From Candidatus Hermodarchaeota archaeon (GTDB lineage Archaea; Asgardarchaeota; Lokiarchaeia; Sigyniarchaeales; SOKP01), in the NCBI GenBank assembly GCA_048885525.1, contig JBHLLP010000007.1, forward strand, positions 32,001-96,000: a DNA stretch of 64,000 nucleotides, written 5' to 3'. Positions 39,167 to 49,515 of this stretch are shown in pieces (the stretch's first letter is position 1; every line of letters begins with the position of its first letter). The notes under the pieces were generated by a model. It had not been told where the DNA came from and did no database searches. It was given only the letters and a program-made list of their open reading frames with translations. A program made the position numbers and the translations under genes.

Positions 39167-39817
39167 CTAATCAATATACTTCTTAATATATTGCTCAACC
39201 TTATCTGCTGGTTGATAAATCCCGAAATGACCCTCACAGAGTATATCTGCCTTTAAATCTAAAAGCTTTTTCAGGGATTTTTGGTAATCCTCGTAATCAC
39301 TTACACCTGGAATAATTGGACCATGTAAATCCTGACCAAATAAGATTTTTGTATTATCTTCAGTTTCTACTAGGATTGAGATAGAACCTGGAGTATGACC
39401 TGGTGTGTGAATACATTGAAATTCATAATTTCCGAATTTTAAGATTTCTATGTCCCTTATCAATCTCCTTGTGAGTTTAATTGGTTTATAGTTTACTCCA
39501 TACCAAATAGCTGCTGTTTCTTTATCATGACCTCTTTCTTCTATTGCGTTTGCATCTAATTCATGAGCATAGTAATTTATTATTTTATTAAGCTGTTTAA
39601 GATCATAAGCAGCACCAATGTGATCTATATGAAAATGAGTTATAATACAATGTTTTATATCCATTGGATTCAAATTAACTTTAGTGATTTTTTTTATCAT
39701 CTCAAGGCTCATTCCGCAATCAATTAAAACAAGACCTTCTTCACTTTGAGTTTGTATTAAATAAACAGAACACCCAGAATCTCCTACATGATATATATCC
39801 TTAAAAATTTCTTTCAA
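39167..39817 (-). CDS. Metallo-beta-lactamase-fold hydrolase
   Basis: THFHIDH, TPGHTPGS, GQD, EGH. Confidence 0.88.
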   Translation of the reverse strand: MKEIFKDIYHVGDSGCSVYLIQTQSEEGLVLIDCGMSLEMIKKITKVNLNPMDIKHCIITHFHIDHIGAAYDLKQLNKIINYYAHELDANAIEERGHDKETAAIWYGVNYKPIKLTRRLIRDIEILKFGNYEFQCIHTPGHTPGSISILVETEDNTKILFGQDLHGPIIPGVSDYEDYQKSLKKLLDLKADILCEGHFGIYQPADKVEQYIKKYID

Positions 39818-39937
39818 ATTTAGTTCTCCTTATTAATAATAATCAATCATTATGTTTGATTATTTAAAAAATAATAGTTTTATATCAATATCCAGATTCA
39901 AACCAAATTGTTTTTATCAAATCTATAATATATCATT

Positions 39938-41389
39938 TTGATAATAATGGAAGATTTTATCGCTTTATCGTTAAAAAAAGCAGAATCGAAGAGTGTAGAT
40001 TTTGCTGAATGTAGATTCTTTGGATCTGAAACAGAAGAAATTACTGTTAGGAATGGACAAATCGAGACACTTAAAAGGGCTAAAGACATTGGGTATGGAA
40101 TCCGTGTATTGAAAAATGGAGCTTGGGGCTTTGCTAGTACTGCCATAATAGATAAATCTACTTTAGATGATATCCTTGGAACAGCTATAAAAGAAGCTGA
40201 GGCAACTAGTAGAACAATAAAGAAACCAGTTGAATTAACTGAGGAACCAATAATTAAAGATAAGTATGAAACTCCTTTTAAAATCGATCCTTTTACAGTT
40301 GATGTAAAAGATAAAATAGAGATTTTGAAGAAAGCGGATTCTATAATGGCTGAAAAAGGGGATTCCATTAAAGTAAGAGAGAATACAATGTACTTTGCTA
40401 AAATTAATCTCGACTATGGAAATACTGAAGGTACTTTAATATCTGAACAAGAGCTATTTTCTGGTGCGGGTTGTTCAGCCACAGCTATTGAAAACGATAA
40501 CCAGAATCGGAATGTTTTACTATTCGAAATGAGAGGATATGAGTATATTGATATGTTTGATTTTGAAAAAACTTCAAATCTTGTTGCTTCAGATGCACTT
40601 ATTCTTGCAACAGAAGCTATTGCTCCTAAACCTCGAAAAACAACCTTTATCTTAGAACCCTTTCAACTTGGGCTTACTATTCATGAATCCTGTGGTCATC
40701 CTTCAGAACTGGACAGGGTTTTGGGATGGGAAGCAGATTTTGCAGGAACTAGCTTTCTAACTCTAGACAAACTTGGAGCTAATTATCAATACGGTTCAGA
40801 GAAAGTAAACTTAGTTTGTGATCCAACAATGCCAAATGTTCTAGGGCATGAAAAATACGACCATGAAGGAGTAGAAACTAAAAAATTCTATGTTGTTAAA
40901 GAGGGGATCTTCAACGATTATCAATCAGATAGGCAAACGGCTAAAATTATAGGTCAAGAACATAGTAATGGAAATGCTCGAATTGATGGCTATAATCGAA
41001 TTCCTCTCGTACGTATGAGTAATTTATATTTAGAACCAGATTTTGAAGGACCTAAAAACATTGATGAACTTATCGCTGAAACAAAAGAAGGGGTCTATGG
41101 GATTCATTGGAAATCGCATAGTATTGATGATAAAAGATTAAATTTTCAATTTGCTGTTCAAATTGCCTACGAAATCAAAAATGGAGAACTTAGTAGACCT
41201 TTGAAAAATACCATCTATCAAGCAGCTACTCCCGAGTTCTGGGGAGGATTAGACATGATGACCAAAGATTGGAAAATTGAGGGACATGGTCCCATTTGTG
41301 GTAAAGGGGCACCTCATATGCAATCTATTTGGATTTCGCATGGTGGACCCTGGTCAAGATTTCAAGGTGTAAACATTTTTAGTGGATAA
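39938..41389 (+). CDS. tldD: TldD family metalloprotease
   Basis: GYGIRVL..GAWGFA, HESCGHPSE metal motif, RMSNL, CGKG. Confidence 0.92.
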   Translation: MIIMEDFIALSLKKAESKSVDFAECRFFGSETEEITVRNGQIETLKRAKDIGYGIRVLKNGAWGFASTAIIDKSTLDDILGTAIKEAEATSRTIKKPVELTEEPIIKDKYETPFKIDPFTVDVKDKIEILKKADSIMAEKGDSIKVRENTMYFAKINLDYGNTEGTLISEQELFSGAGCSATAIENDNQNRNVLLFEMRGYEYIDMFDFEKTSNLVASDALILATEAIAPKPRKTTFILEPFQLGLTIHESCGHPSELDRVLGWEADFAGTSFLTLDKLGANYQYGSEKVNLVCDPTMPNVLGHEKYDHEGVETKKFYVVKEGIFNDYQSDRQTAKIIGQEHSNGNARIDGYNRIPLVRMSNLYLEPDFEGPKNIDELIAETKEGVYGIHWKSHSIDDKRLNFQFAVQIAYEIKNGELSRPLKNTIYQAATPEFWGGLDMMTKDWKIEGHGPICGKGAPHMQSIWISHGGPWSRFQGVNIFSG

Positions 41390-41392
41390 GAG

Positions 41393-42778
41393 GTGGAAAA
41401 AATGAATTTAGATAACCAAAAAGAACTGATTATAGAACTTTCAGAACTATCATTAAAACGAGCACAAGATTCTGGATGTGAAGCGTTTATAAATGCTTCT
41501 ATAGCAAAGGAATATGTCACCCGGTTTTCCAATTCAGAAATATTACAAAATTATACAGATTTAAATAGAAACATTGCTATTACTGTTATTTATAAAGATA
41601 AGCAAAGAACCAATTCAATTACAAATGATTTAACAAAGAAAAGTATCATCAACCTTGTAGATTTTCTTGCAACAACAGCAAAATTGGTTCCTCCTGATCC
41701 GCAGTACCCCGGACTTATTAAACAGAAACAACAATACCCCAGATTACTTCTTAACGATCCTAAAGTTTCAAATGTAGAACCCGATCATATTGTTGATAAA
41801 ATAGAAGAAGCTATTGTTGCAGGGGAAGCTGTTGATAAACGAATTGAAGGAGTTTCAGGTAACTTATTACTTTCTGATGGTTTTAATTATTATGTATCTT
41901 CGATAGGTCAAGATTTGATGTACCCTAATACGAAAATAACCTCAAAGATTAATATAAAAGCCTTAGAACATGGTGAAGAAAGTCGTTCTAATAGTACATT
42001 TGGATCTAGAATATTTTCAAAACTTGGAATGGAACGAGAAGCAAAAGAAACAGCAGAAAGAGCTATTCAGAGTTTAGGAGCTAAAGCAATTGAACCCGAC
42101 GAATATGAAGTGATCTTAGATCATCAAGCCGTTAATGAACTTCTTTTCTATATTAATTATGCTACTTCCTCAAGATTAATAATAGATAAACATAGTTTCT
42201 TAACTGATAAACTAGAACAGCAAGTTTTTAATGAAAAATTTACATTAACTAATGATCCTCATAATCCTGAACATCTAGATTCCAGACCAATAGATGACGA
42301 AGGTTTAGCTACTCAACCTTTCCCCATTGTAGAAAATGGAATTTTGAAAAATTATTCATGCTCTCGTATAGATGCCGCACGATTAGGAACAAAAGCATTA
42401 GGAACTTGTTATACGATTTTAGGGACAACTTTAGGTTTTCCATTTGCTGAAACAATGAAACCCGGCACATACAGTAAAGAAGAAATGATTTCAGAAACAA
42501 AAAATGGTTTACTGATAACTAATTTTCATTATATTAATTTTGTTAATCCACCTACGGGATCAATTACCGGGATGACCAAAGACGGATTACTCATCATCAA
42601 GAATGGAGAAATCATAGGATCAGCTAAAAATATGAGGTTTACTGATGAAATTCCAAGATTTCTTAAAGAAATAGAAATTGGAAAAGAACTTAGACAACAT
42701 ATTAAGTTTGCTTATGACACTAAAAGCATAGTAGCGCCAATAAAAGTTAAAAACTTTAGATTCACTAGCAAAACTTAA
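41393..42778 (+). CDS. pmbA: TldE/PmbA family protein
   Basis: Starts 3 nt after tldD; TRFSNSEI, DDEG, GSITGMTKDG, KNMRF; lacks the HExxH motif. Confidence 0.85.
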   Translation: MEKMNLDNQKELIIELSELSLKRAQDSGCEAFINASIAKEYVTRFSNSEILQNYTDLNRNIAITVIYKDKQRTNSITNDLTKKSIINLVDFLATTAKLVPPDPQYPGLIKQKQQYPRLLLNDPKVSNVEPDHIVDKIEEAIVAGEAVDKRIEGVSGNLLLSDGFNYYVSSIGQDLMYPNTKITSKINIKALEHGEESRSNSTFGSRIFSKLGMEREAKETAERAIQSLGAKAIEPDEYEVILDHQAVNELLFYINYATSSRLIIDKHSFLTDKLEQQVFNEKFTLTNDPHNPEHLDSRPIDDEGLATQPFPIVENGILKNYSCSRIDAARLGTKALGTCYTILGTTLGFPFAETMKPGTYSKEEMISETKNGLLITNFHYINFVNPPTGSITGMTKDGLLIIKNGEIIGSAKNMRFTDEIPRFLKEIEIGKELRQHIKFAYDTKSIVAPIKVKNFRFTSKT

Positions 42779-42836
42779 TTTTTTTTATTGAGAACTACTT
42801 CGATTTTTTTCTTTTTTTTTTACGTTTTTAGTAATA

Positions 42837-43628
42837 TCATGATGTCTTGACATAAAGCCTTTTATAAAGCAGAATTGTAATAATTGTTGCCATGATAGAT
42901 GAAAACAAGACGTCTGAAGAGTAGTGTGCTCCAACAACTATACGAGACAGTCCTACAAAAAGACCCCATCCAATTATAAGTGTCGTTCCTACAATTCTAA
43001 TTATGCTTTTCCATTGCCATTTCCTTAATGTTATTAATAAAGGTAGGAACATCCATCCCATAGCTGTATGCCCTGAGGGAAAACTCTGATTTCCTGTTAT
43101 CCCTTGTGGGATAAACCATGGAGTAAAATCAATGAAGCCAGGAGAGAGATCTCTAAATCTAATGCGTCCCCAAAATAATTTTATAAGTTGAACAAATATT
43201 AGAGGATTTAACACTGCTAGGATTATAATAACCGCAGAGATCTTCCTATAATTCTGCCATTCTTTATTAAACGTGAAAATGAGAAATATGGTTACGCAAA
43301 TAGATATAATTCCTCCATCAAGAATTAAATCTTGTTCATCAAAAGCAAATCCCAGAATAAATAGGAGAAACCCAATAGCTATTATAACATATGCGGGAAT
43401 TTTTTGCTTCTTTATATTCTTATTATAACTTCCTATTAGAGTAGATATAGCAATACCTATTAAACCATATCCTGGCGCCTCTCCATAATCAGCTCCAAAA
43501 ATACCCCAATTGGAATTCTCATCAACCACAGCAATTGATATATTAAGATCATAAAATCCAAAAAGGACAGCTAAAATAATCCAAACAACAATAACAAAAA
43601 TTAATAGTTTATTAATTGGTTTTAACAT
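42837..43628 (-). CDS. PAP2-family membrane phosphatase
   Basis: K..WGR.R, SFPSGH, SRIVVGAHYSSD. Confidence 0.9.
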   Translation of the reverse strand: MLKPINKLLIFVIVVWIILAVLFGFYDLNISIAVVDENSNWGIFGADYGEAPGYGLIGIAISTLIGSYNKNIKKQKIPAYVIIAIGFLLFILGFAFDEQDLILDGGIISICVTIFLIFTFNKEWQNYRKISAVIIILAVLNPLIFVQLIKLFWGRIRFRDLSPGFIDFTPWFIPQGITGNQSFPSGHTAMGWMFLPLLITLRKWQWKSIIRIVGTTLIIGWGLFVGLSRIVVGAHYSSDVLFSSIMATIITILLYKRLYVKTS

Positions 43629-43687
43629 AGGTCAAATCTATTTTTTTGATATATAGCAATATCTTTTATTTTTTGTATATATATAAT

Positions 43688-44416
43688 TTATCCTTTAATA
43701 CGATCCCTTAGATTAATAAGAATATCTGGATAGTCAGTATAAATCGCATGAACACCTTCATTTCTATATTTAAGATTTAAAACCTTTTTCATACGTGATA
43801 TAGAATTAACTCCCCAAACATAACATTTAAAACCATTATCAATAATTTCTTTAAAGTTAATAAAAGTTAACCTCAAAAACATTAAGTTAATTGCATAGAC
43901 TTCTGCTTCTTTTAAGAATTCAAAGTTAACAGTTTTATTATTCACTTCTGAAATTGTTTCAGATAGTGTATGATCAATTCTTAATTTTCTATTGTATTTT
44001 CTTAAATATAAAATATTGTTTAACTGACGCTCCGTTATTTCGATCTTATCAAGTAGATTAAAATTCTTTGCTATCTCAATGAGTCTTAATCCTACAAATT
44101 TATCTCGAATATCAAAACTATATCTCAATGAATGATTCTGATTATGAAAAGTTTTAAATAAATCTTGAACAGTTGGGATTTCTCGATTATCTGTAAACCT
44201 AATAAGTTCTTTCAGTGTTATTTCTTTTAGATTATATTTTTTTGAATTTGCTTCAATATAATAATCATGAAAGCAAACTAATTTCTTATCTTTAGTCTCT
44301 TGTATATCTGATTCAATTCCCGCACCCATTCTTACTGCTTTTTGGAAAGAAGGAATTGTATTTTCAATTTCATATCCTGATGCTCCTCGGTGACCAAAGA
44401 TATAAGGTTTAGACAT
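43688..44416 (-). CDS. Glycerophosphodiester phosphodiesterase
   Basis: GHRGASG..ENT, IESDIQETKD..VCFHD, WGVN, IYTDYP. Confidence 0.9.
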   Translation of the reverse strand: MSKPYIFGHRGASGYEIENTIPSFQKAVRMGAGIESDIQETKDKKLVCFHDYYIEANSKKYNLKEITLKELIRFTDNREIPTVQDLFKTFHNQNHSLRYSFDIRDKFVGLRLIEIAKNFNLLDKIEITERQLNNILYLRKYNRKLRIDHTLSETISEVNNKTVNFEFLKEAEVYAINLMFLRLTFINFKEIIDNGFKCYVWGVNSISRMKKVLNLKYRNEGVHAIYTDYPDILINLRDRIKG

Positions 44417-44496
44417 AAGAAAAGTTGAAAATAATAGTTTTTATAGAAATCTAAATTACATTTATTACTTAAAATTTACCTTATATTTGTATTGTT

Positions 44497-45321
44497 ATGG
44501 CATATAATAATAATAATGAAAAAACAGACAAATCTAAATCATTTTCAGTTAAATTAAAAAAATATTTCAAAAATCTAATTGATTTCTCTCAAATCGATAA
44601 AAAAACAATTCTATATATTATAGTATTTATTATTTTAGTAATTTTTTCGTTATTCTTGCTATATTATAATTATTTTGTTGATAGAACCTTTATTTATACT
44701 ATTGTTGCTGAATGGTTTGTAAATCCGATTTGGAAATTAGGATATATTGGTATCCTTCTATTTATTGGAATAATGGCAGTTCAAGGGCTTATAGTACCCA
44801 TCCCCTCAGAAATAGTACTATTAGCAACAGGGATGATTTGGGGATGGGTTTTAGGAGGCTTTTTAGGTGTTATAGGTTCTATGGCAGCAGCATTATTATG
44901 TTTTTATGTGAGTAGAAAAGGAGGAAGACCCTTAGCTAAAAAATTTGTTGGAGAAAACGCTATTGATATGGCTGATGATTTAATTCAAAAATATGGTATT
45001 AAGGTAATTATTCTTTCAAGATTTATTCCTTTTATTTCCTTTGATGTTATTTCATATGCATCTGGTCTAGTTGACATAGACATAAAAAAATATTCAATAG
45101 GAACATTGATTGGAAGTATTTTTCGAGCTTTCTTTTATTCTATTTGGGGAGCTCTCTTAGGATTTACTCCCCCCATTGATACGACAGACGTGGCGTTAAT
45201 CGAATCTCAAGCTAATGTGTTTAATGTGATATTATTAGTAGTATTAGCCGTTTTAATAGGAATGTTCCTAGCTTATTACTTTATAGCGAAATTTTATGAG
45301 AAGAAAAAACAAGCTCAGTAA
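44497..45321 (+). CDS. TVP38/TMEM64 (DedA/VTT) family membrane protein
   Basis: QGLIVPIPSE, GG, RFIPFISFDVISYASG. Confidence 0.88.
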   Translation: MAYNNNNEKTDKSKSFSVKLKKYFKNLIDFSQIDKKTILYIIVFIILVIFSLFLLYYNYFVDRTFIYTIVAEWFVNPIWKLGYIGILLFIGIMAVQGLIVPIPSEIVLLATGMIWGWVLGGFLGVIGSMAAALLCFYVSRKGGRPLAKKFVGENAIDMADDLIQKYGIKVIILSRFIPFISFDVISYASGLVDIDIKKYSIGTLIGSIFRAFFYSIWGALLGFTPPIDTTDVALIESQANVFNVILLVVLAVLIGMFLAYYFIAKFYEKKKQAQ

Positions 45322-45387
45322 GGATATTATTGAATATTATTGGGATATTATTTCTTTTTTTATATCTTCCTTTAAATAAATTACCAC

Positions 45388-45561
45388 ATGAATAAAAAGG
45401 AAAAACCATCTCAAGAAATAGGATTTAAAGATTTTAACGAATTGAATTTAAATGAATTCTTTAAAGCGCTCAATAAAGCAATAAGTACTAACAATTTACA
45501 ATCAATTTATGAACTATCTAAAATCTTTACTAGATATTGCTTCAAAAACTTAGATAATTAA
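45388..45561 (+). CDS. Possible 57-aa hypothetical protein
   Basis: ATG..TAA frame MNKKEKPSQEIGFKDFNELNLNEFFKALNKAISTNNLQSIYELSKIFTRYCFKNLDN with an amphipathic-helix pattern; below the track cut-off. Confidence 0.4.
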   Translation: MNKKEKPSQEIGFKDFNELNLNEFFKALNKAISTNNLQSIYELSKIFTRYCFKNLDN

Positions 45562-45720
45562 AAATATCAGTTTGAAAATGTAAATTGTTAAATTGTTAAA
45601 TTCTTTGATTGAAATCTACTAAATGAATTTCACCATCGTAATGTGAATAATTTGACATGAAATTCAATATTTCCACTAAGAATGAATGAGTTTCTTTCAA
45701 TTTTCTTGTAATAGAATGAA

Positions 45721-45773
45721 GAACGATAGTGTACGACAATTTGAACGATGTGAACAAAACATAGGTTTATAAA
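45721..45773 (+). promoter_or_regulatory. Phased GAACGA-like direct repeats followed by a TATA box
   Basis: GAACGA (45721), GTACGA (45731), GAACGA (45743), GAACAA (45752), then TTTATAAA (45766-73), about 50 nt before the ATG at 45821. Confidence 0.45.
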
Positions 45774-45820
45774 TTAGAAGAAGAATAAATTAAACAAATC
45801 TACTTAGTGGAGAGAATTTT

Positions 45821-46825
45821 ATGAGAAAATTTATAAAGATTATTCTTGTCTTTCTCATACCAATAATCCTAATTGGTGGAGGAATAGGATCTTTATATAT
45901 CATAGGTTTTTTAACTTATGCAGTAATTGAAGAATCTTATACATTTTATTATAATCCAATAATAATTAATGAACCTGAGAAACTTATAATATCTGTCCCA
46001 GGAAAAATAAATATTAAATGTAATACAACCACAGTTCCCTATTACATAAAAGCAGATGTTTATACTAAAGCTGAAGGGATATATTTGAGATATTGGGATT
46101 ATAATTATATTGATACGCAATGGTACAATTCCTCTTCAGACTCAATAAGATTATATGTTTACTACAGTTTACCGACACTTGGACCTGGCTACCATCCCAC
46201 CCACACAGTCAAATATGATGATGCTATTATTAATATTACTCTTAGGACAGACATTTTGTATGATTTACAACTATTTGGTAAAGAAGTAGATATTTCTGGA
46301 AACTTATCAATAAATAAATTAAGTTTTGAAGGAAAATTAAAATCAAAGGAGGCAAATATTAGTAAAATAGAAGTTCAAGAATTCGGAGCGGGAAGTTTAA
46401 CATTAGAACTAATTAATTGCAATATCAATGAACATATACATATTCAAACTACTTCAGCTAATATTAATCTTATATCGAATAATACTCTATGTAGTAAAAA
46501 TGTTGAATGGGTTCTAGCTTCACAAGATGGTTCCATTGATATTAAAATTTACCAAAGTGAAGACTTAGGAGCAAATGTATCTGGTGCTTTTTCAACAACC
46601 TTTGGAAATATTAATATTGAATATGCTGATAGTTTATCACAGGTTGGGGCGTTATTCTCCACGACAGGTTCTGGTAGTTCTTTTCTAACCACAATTTTAG
46701 GTGGATTTGAGAGGATAGGGCTCAATATATTCCATTCTACAGATTATAATACTGCCCTTAACATCTTCACGTTCGCTCTGACTACAATTACAGGCATATT
46801 AGAAGTTGAGGGTCTAAGTGGTTAG
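45821..46825 (+). CDS. Membrane-anchored beta-rich surface protein (DUF4097/adhesin-like)
   Basis: N-terminal TM helix; repeated beta-solenoid-like units (TTSANINL, SQDGSIDI, TTFGNINI, TITGILEV). Confidence 0.65.
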   Translation: MRKFIKIILVFLIPIILIGGGIGSLYIIGFLTYAVIEESYTFYYNPIIINEPEKLIISVPGKINIKCNTTTVPYYIKADVYTKAEGIYLRYWDYNYIDTQWYNSSSDSIRLYVYYSLPTLGPGYHPTHTVKYDDAIINITLRTDILYDLQLFGKEVDISGNLSINKLSFEGKLKSKEANISKIEVQEFGAGSLTLELINCNINEHIHIQTTSANINLISNNTLCSKNVEWVLASQDGSIDIKIYQSEDLGANVSGAFSTTFGNINIEYADSLSQVGALFSTTGSGSSFLTTILGGFERIGLNIFHSTDYNTALNIFTFALTTITGILEVEGLSG

Positions 46826-47045
46826 AGATATTTATCAAAGACTAAAATCCCTTTATTGATTGTTTATAAACTGTCCAAATTTGTTTACATATTTTAATTT
46901 TTTTTTATACACAAAAATCATTTTGTCCGTATCGATAGTATAAAAGATTTTCGTTTTGAGCAATTTTATTAATTGGAATTTTCATTAGAAAATTAAGTAA
47001 AAGTAATTAGCAAAAATTATTAAGATTTGGAATTTAGGAGGTTAT

Positions 47046-47312
47046 ATGATGACAATTAGCGGCCAAGATTATGATAGGATTCTACAGGATAACTTAAAAG
47101 ATGAGCTTGAATGGTTATTAGATGAATTCGAAGCACTCTTTAAAAGTAAGAAAGATAAATATTCACAAGAAGATATAAAGATTGGACACAAAATTTTAGA
47201 TCAGATTATCGATGGGATTAAGGCAAATAAGAGTGAAGAGCTGCTCAATCTACTGGCAATTACTCTCAATAAGATTGAATCGACTTATCCAGAGTTTTTT
47301 TCAAACTCTTAA
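47046..47312 (+). CDS. Small helical hypothetical protein
   Basis: 88-aa ORF with a strong SD AGGAGGT just upstream. Confidence 0.75.
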   Translation: MMTISGQDYDRILQDNLKDELEWLLDEFEALFKSKKDKYSQEDIKIGHKILDQIIDGIKANKSEELLNLLAITLNKIESTYPEFFSNS

Positions 47313-47511
47313 CAATTTATTGTAAGTTTCTTTTTCTAATTTAGTGATTTCAGCTACAATTTTAATTATGGCTCTCTCTATTCAATTTATAATACATAAA
47401 TATAATTATTCGTTTAGGTGTTCTTTTCTTAAAAAAAAATAAATTATTATAAAACAAAAACCATCATCAAAAAAGAGAAATTAAATAAAAAAGCATAATT
47501 AAATTTTAATT

Positions 47512-48597
47512 ATGGAAAGAATCATTTTAGTTCATTGGAATTTACAGACTGGCCCAATTCCGCTTATCCAGTACCCCCCAGAGAAACTTTTTCCTCCAAA
47601 AGAATTATTTATGAAAATCTGGGCTCAACATGAGCTAAATAAAGAAGATTCTGTAATTGAATTTACTCATGAGGCTGAAGATAATAATTATGTTTCAATA
47701 ATGCAGAAATTTGAGGGAGAGATCTATTTTTTCATTATAGTCTATAGCCAAAAAGATACTCATGAAGATATCATAAAAGAGTCACCAGAAATCTTAGGAC
47801 TCATTAGCAAGAATTTAATTGAACTAATAAATACGAATAAAATTACACGAGCATTATCTGAGGCATATAATACAATACAAAACTATTCTAAATTGGATGA
47901 AGAAGAAAACCTCATTAATTTCTTTCAAGATAGAATTAAAAATACTATTTTACATATTCTTAGACATGGAGTAATCTCTAAGTCAAGACTTATAAATATA
48001 TTAAAACACGAACATGGGTTCTCCACAGTAAATATTGATTTAATACTTATATCGTTCCTTCATGAAAATTTAATAGTAAAAAAGAATGTACCTGGAAGTA
48101 AAGAGTGTTATTTTCTAATAAAAGATCTTTCATGCACTAGAATTCCTCCAAAAAGTCTACCAACAGAAGAAATGGAAGAAAGTTCCTTGAAAAAGTACAG
48201 AGATTCTTTAAAAAATTTTTATTTTGATTCCTATCACGTCTCAGAGTTTGAAAATAAAACATTAATTCAGACAGTTCTTTTCAATAAAGATGTATTTTTT
48301 CTTTTAAAAACTCTGAGAGAAAAGTGCTTGAGTGTTAATGATTGCCTAAATATAATAAATAATAAACAAGAACTGTTTAATGAGCTCTTGGATAAAAAAT
48401 TTATTTATGAAGCAAGGGGATTTGTTTATCTTTTTTCTGATGTTCGTTTTATTAAGTTTAGTCCATCGTATATTATCGAAAAATTAGTAGAAAGATATAA
48501 AAATCAAGAAATTTCTTTAAATGAATATATAGCACATTTAGAGTTGTTATCAAAGCAGATAGAGGAACCGATAAAAAGTACTTATGAAATAGTATGA
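47512..48597 (+). CDS. Longin/uDENN-like N-terminal domain protein
   Basis: N-terminus IILVHWNLQTGPIPLIQYP matches the beta1-GP-beta2-P start of uDENN/longin modules; downstream wHTH-like segments. Confidence 0.6.
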   Translation: MERIILVHWNLQTGPIPLIQYPPEKLFPPKELFMKIWAQHELNKEDSVIEFTHEAEDNNYVSIMQKFEGEIYFFIIVYSQKDTHEDIIKESPEILGLISKNLIELINTNKITRALSEAYNTIQNYSKLDEEENLINFFQDRIKNTILHILRHGVISKSRLINILKHEHGFSTVNIDLILISFLHENLIVKKNVPGSKECYFLIKDLSCTRIPPKSLPTEEMEESSLKKYRDSLKNFYFDSYHVSEFENKTLIQTVLFNKDVFFLLKTLREKCLSVNDCLNIINNKQELFNELLDKKFIYEARGFVYLFSDVRFIKFSPSYIIEKLVERYKNQEISLNEYIAHLELLSKQIEEPIKSTYEIV

Positions 48598-48720
48598 CTA
48601 ACCTGATTTCTTAATTATTTTCTTCATATAGATCTTGAGAAAATAAAATTATATATAATAAATCATCTAATTTTATACCATTTAATACCTTATATATTTT
48701 AAAAAAAAGCGTGATTATAT

Positions 48721-49479
48721 ATGGAACTTGAATTAGTAGATTATTTGCAAGGTTCATTTTCTCTAGTCTTTGTAATTATTTCTCTTATAATAGGAATCAC
48801 AATCTTAACTAAATATCCTAAATTCAAAAATAGATTGTATATATTAGTAGGAATATCTTGGATTGGTGTAGCAAATCCTTGGATGCCAGATTCAATCTCA
48901 TTTCTAATGAATCTTATTATTCAACAATCCTTAGATATAGGATGGTATTTTATAATAGGAAATTGTTTTATACCTATTGCTCTTATCGCTTGGCTGACAG
49001 CTTTTACTGACATGATATATAGGGATGCACAGAAAAAAATTTTGATAGTTACTATTATCCTTTCGATTATTTTCGAAATAATATTTTTCACTTTATTCTT
49101 TATAGATATAGATTTAATTGGAGTTATTAATCTTAGTAGGCCTTTTACAGTAGAATTTGATCTATTTATTACCATTTATTTATTACTCGTCATCTTAGTT
49201 ATGGTAGTTACTGGCGTTATTTTTGCTCAAAAATCAGTTAAGTTAGAAGATCGAGAAGTTAGATTGAAAGGAAAACTACTCCGAGCAGCATTTATTACAT
49301 TTACTGTTGCTGCTATATTGGATTCCTTATTAGGATCGATTTTTGAAGATCCTACCGATCCAATATTATCACTATTGGTTGTAGCTGTCCGTATTTTACT
49401 AATATTTAGTGCTTTAGAATTTTACGGTGGGTTTCTGTTACCAAAATGGATGAAAGAAATTTTTTTGAAAAAGGAATAA
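48721..49479 (+). CDS. Seven-TM membrane protein without a catalytic domain
   Basis: About 7 hydrophobic helices, a basic loop between TM5 and TM6 (KSVKLEDREVRLKGK), and a short tail. Confidence 0.75.
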   Translation: MELELVDYLQGSFSLVFVIISLIIGITILTKYPKFKNRLYILVGISWIGVANPWMPDSISFLMNLIIQQSLDIGWYFIIGNCFIPIALIAWLTAFTDMIYRDAQKKILIVTIILSIIFEIIFFTLFFIDIDLIGVINLSRPFTVEFDLFITIYLLLVILVMVVTGVIFAQKSVKLEDREVRLKGKLLRAAFITFTVAAILDSLLGSIFEDPTDPILSLLVVAVRILLIFSALEFYGGFLLPKWMKEIFLKKE

Positions 49480-49515
49480 ATTTTTTTTCTTTTTTTTAGT
49501 AATTCATTACCATAG

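Noticed and set aside
39898-40368. 156-aa minus-strand ORF, and similar short ORFs overlapping long genes (e.g. 878-1078, 7413-7664, 17402-17770, 18788-19249, 48921-49175, 63051-63260, 63607-63795)
   Set aside because: They lie antisense or out of frame within well-supported genes and have no motifs; these are shadow ORFs.
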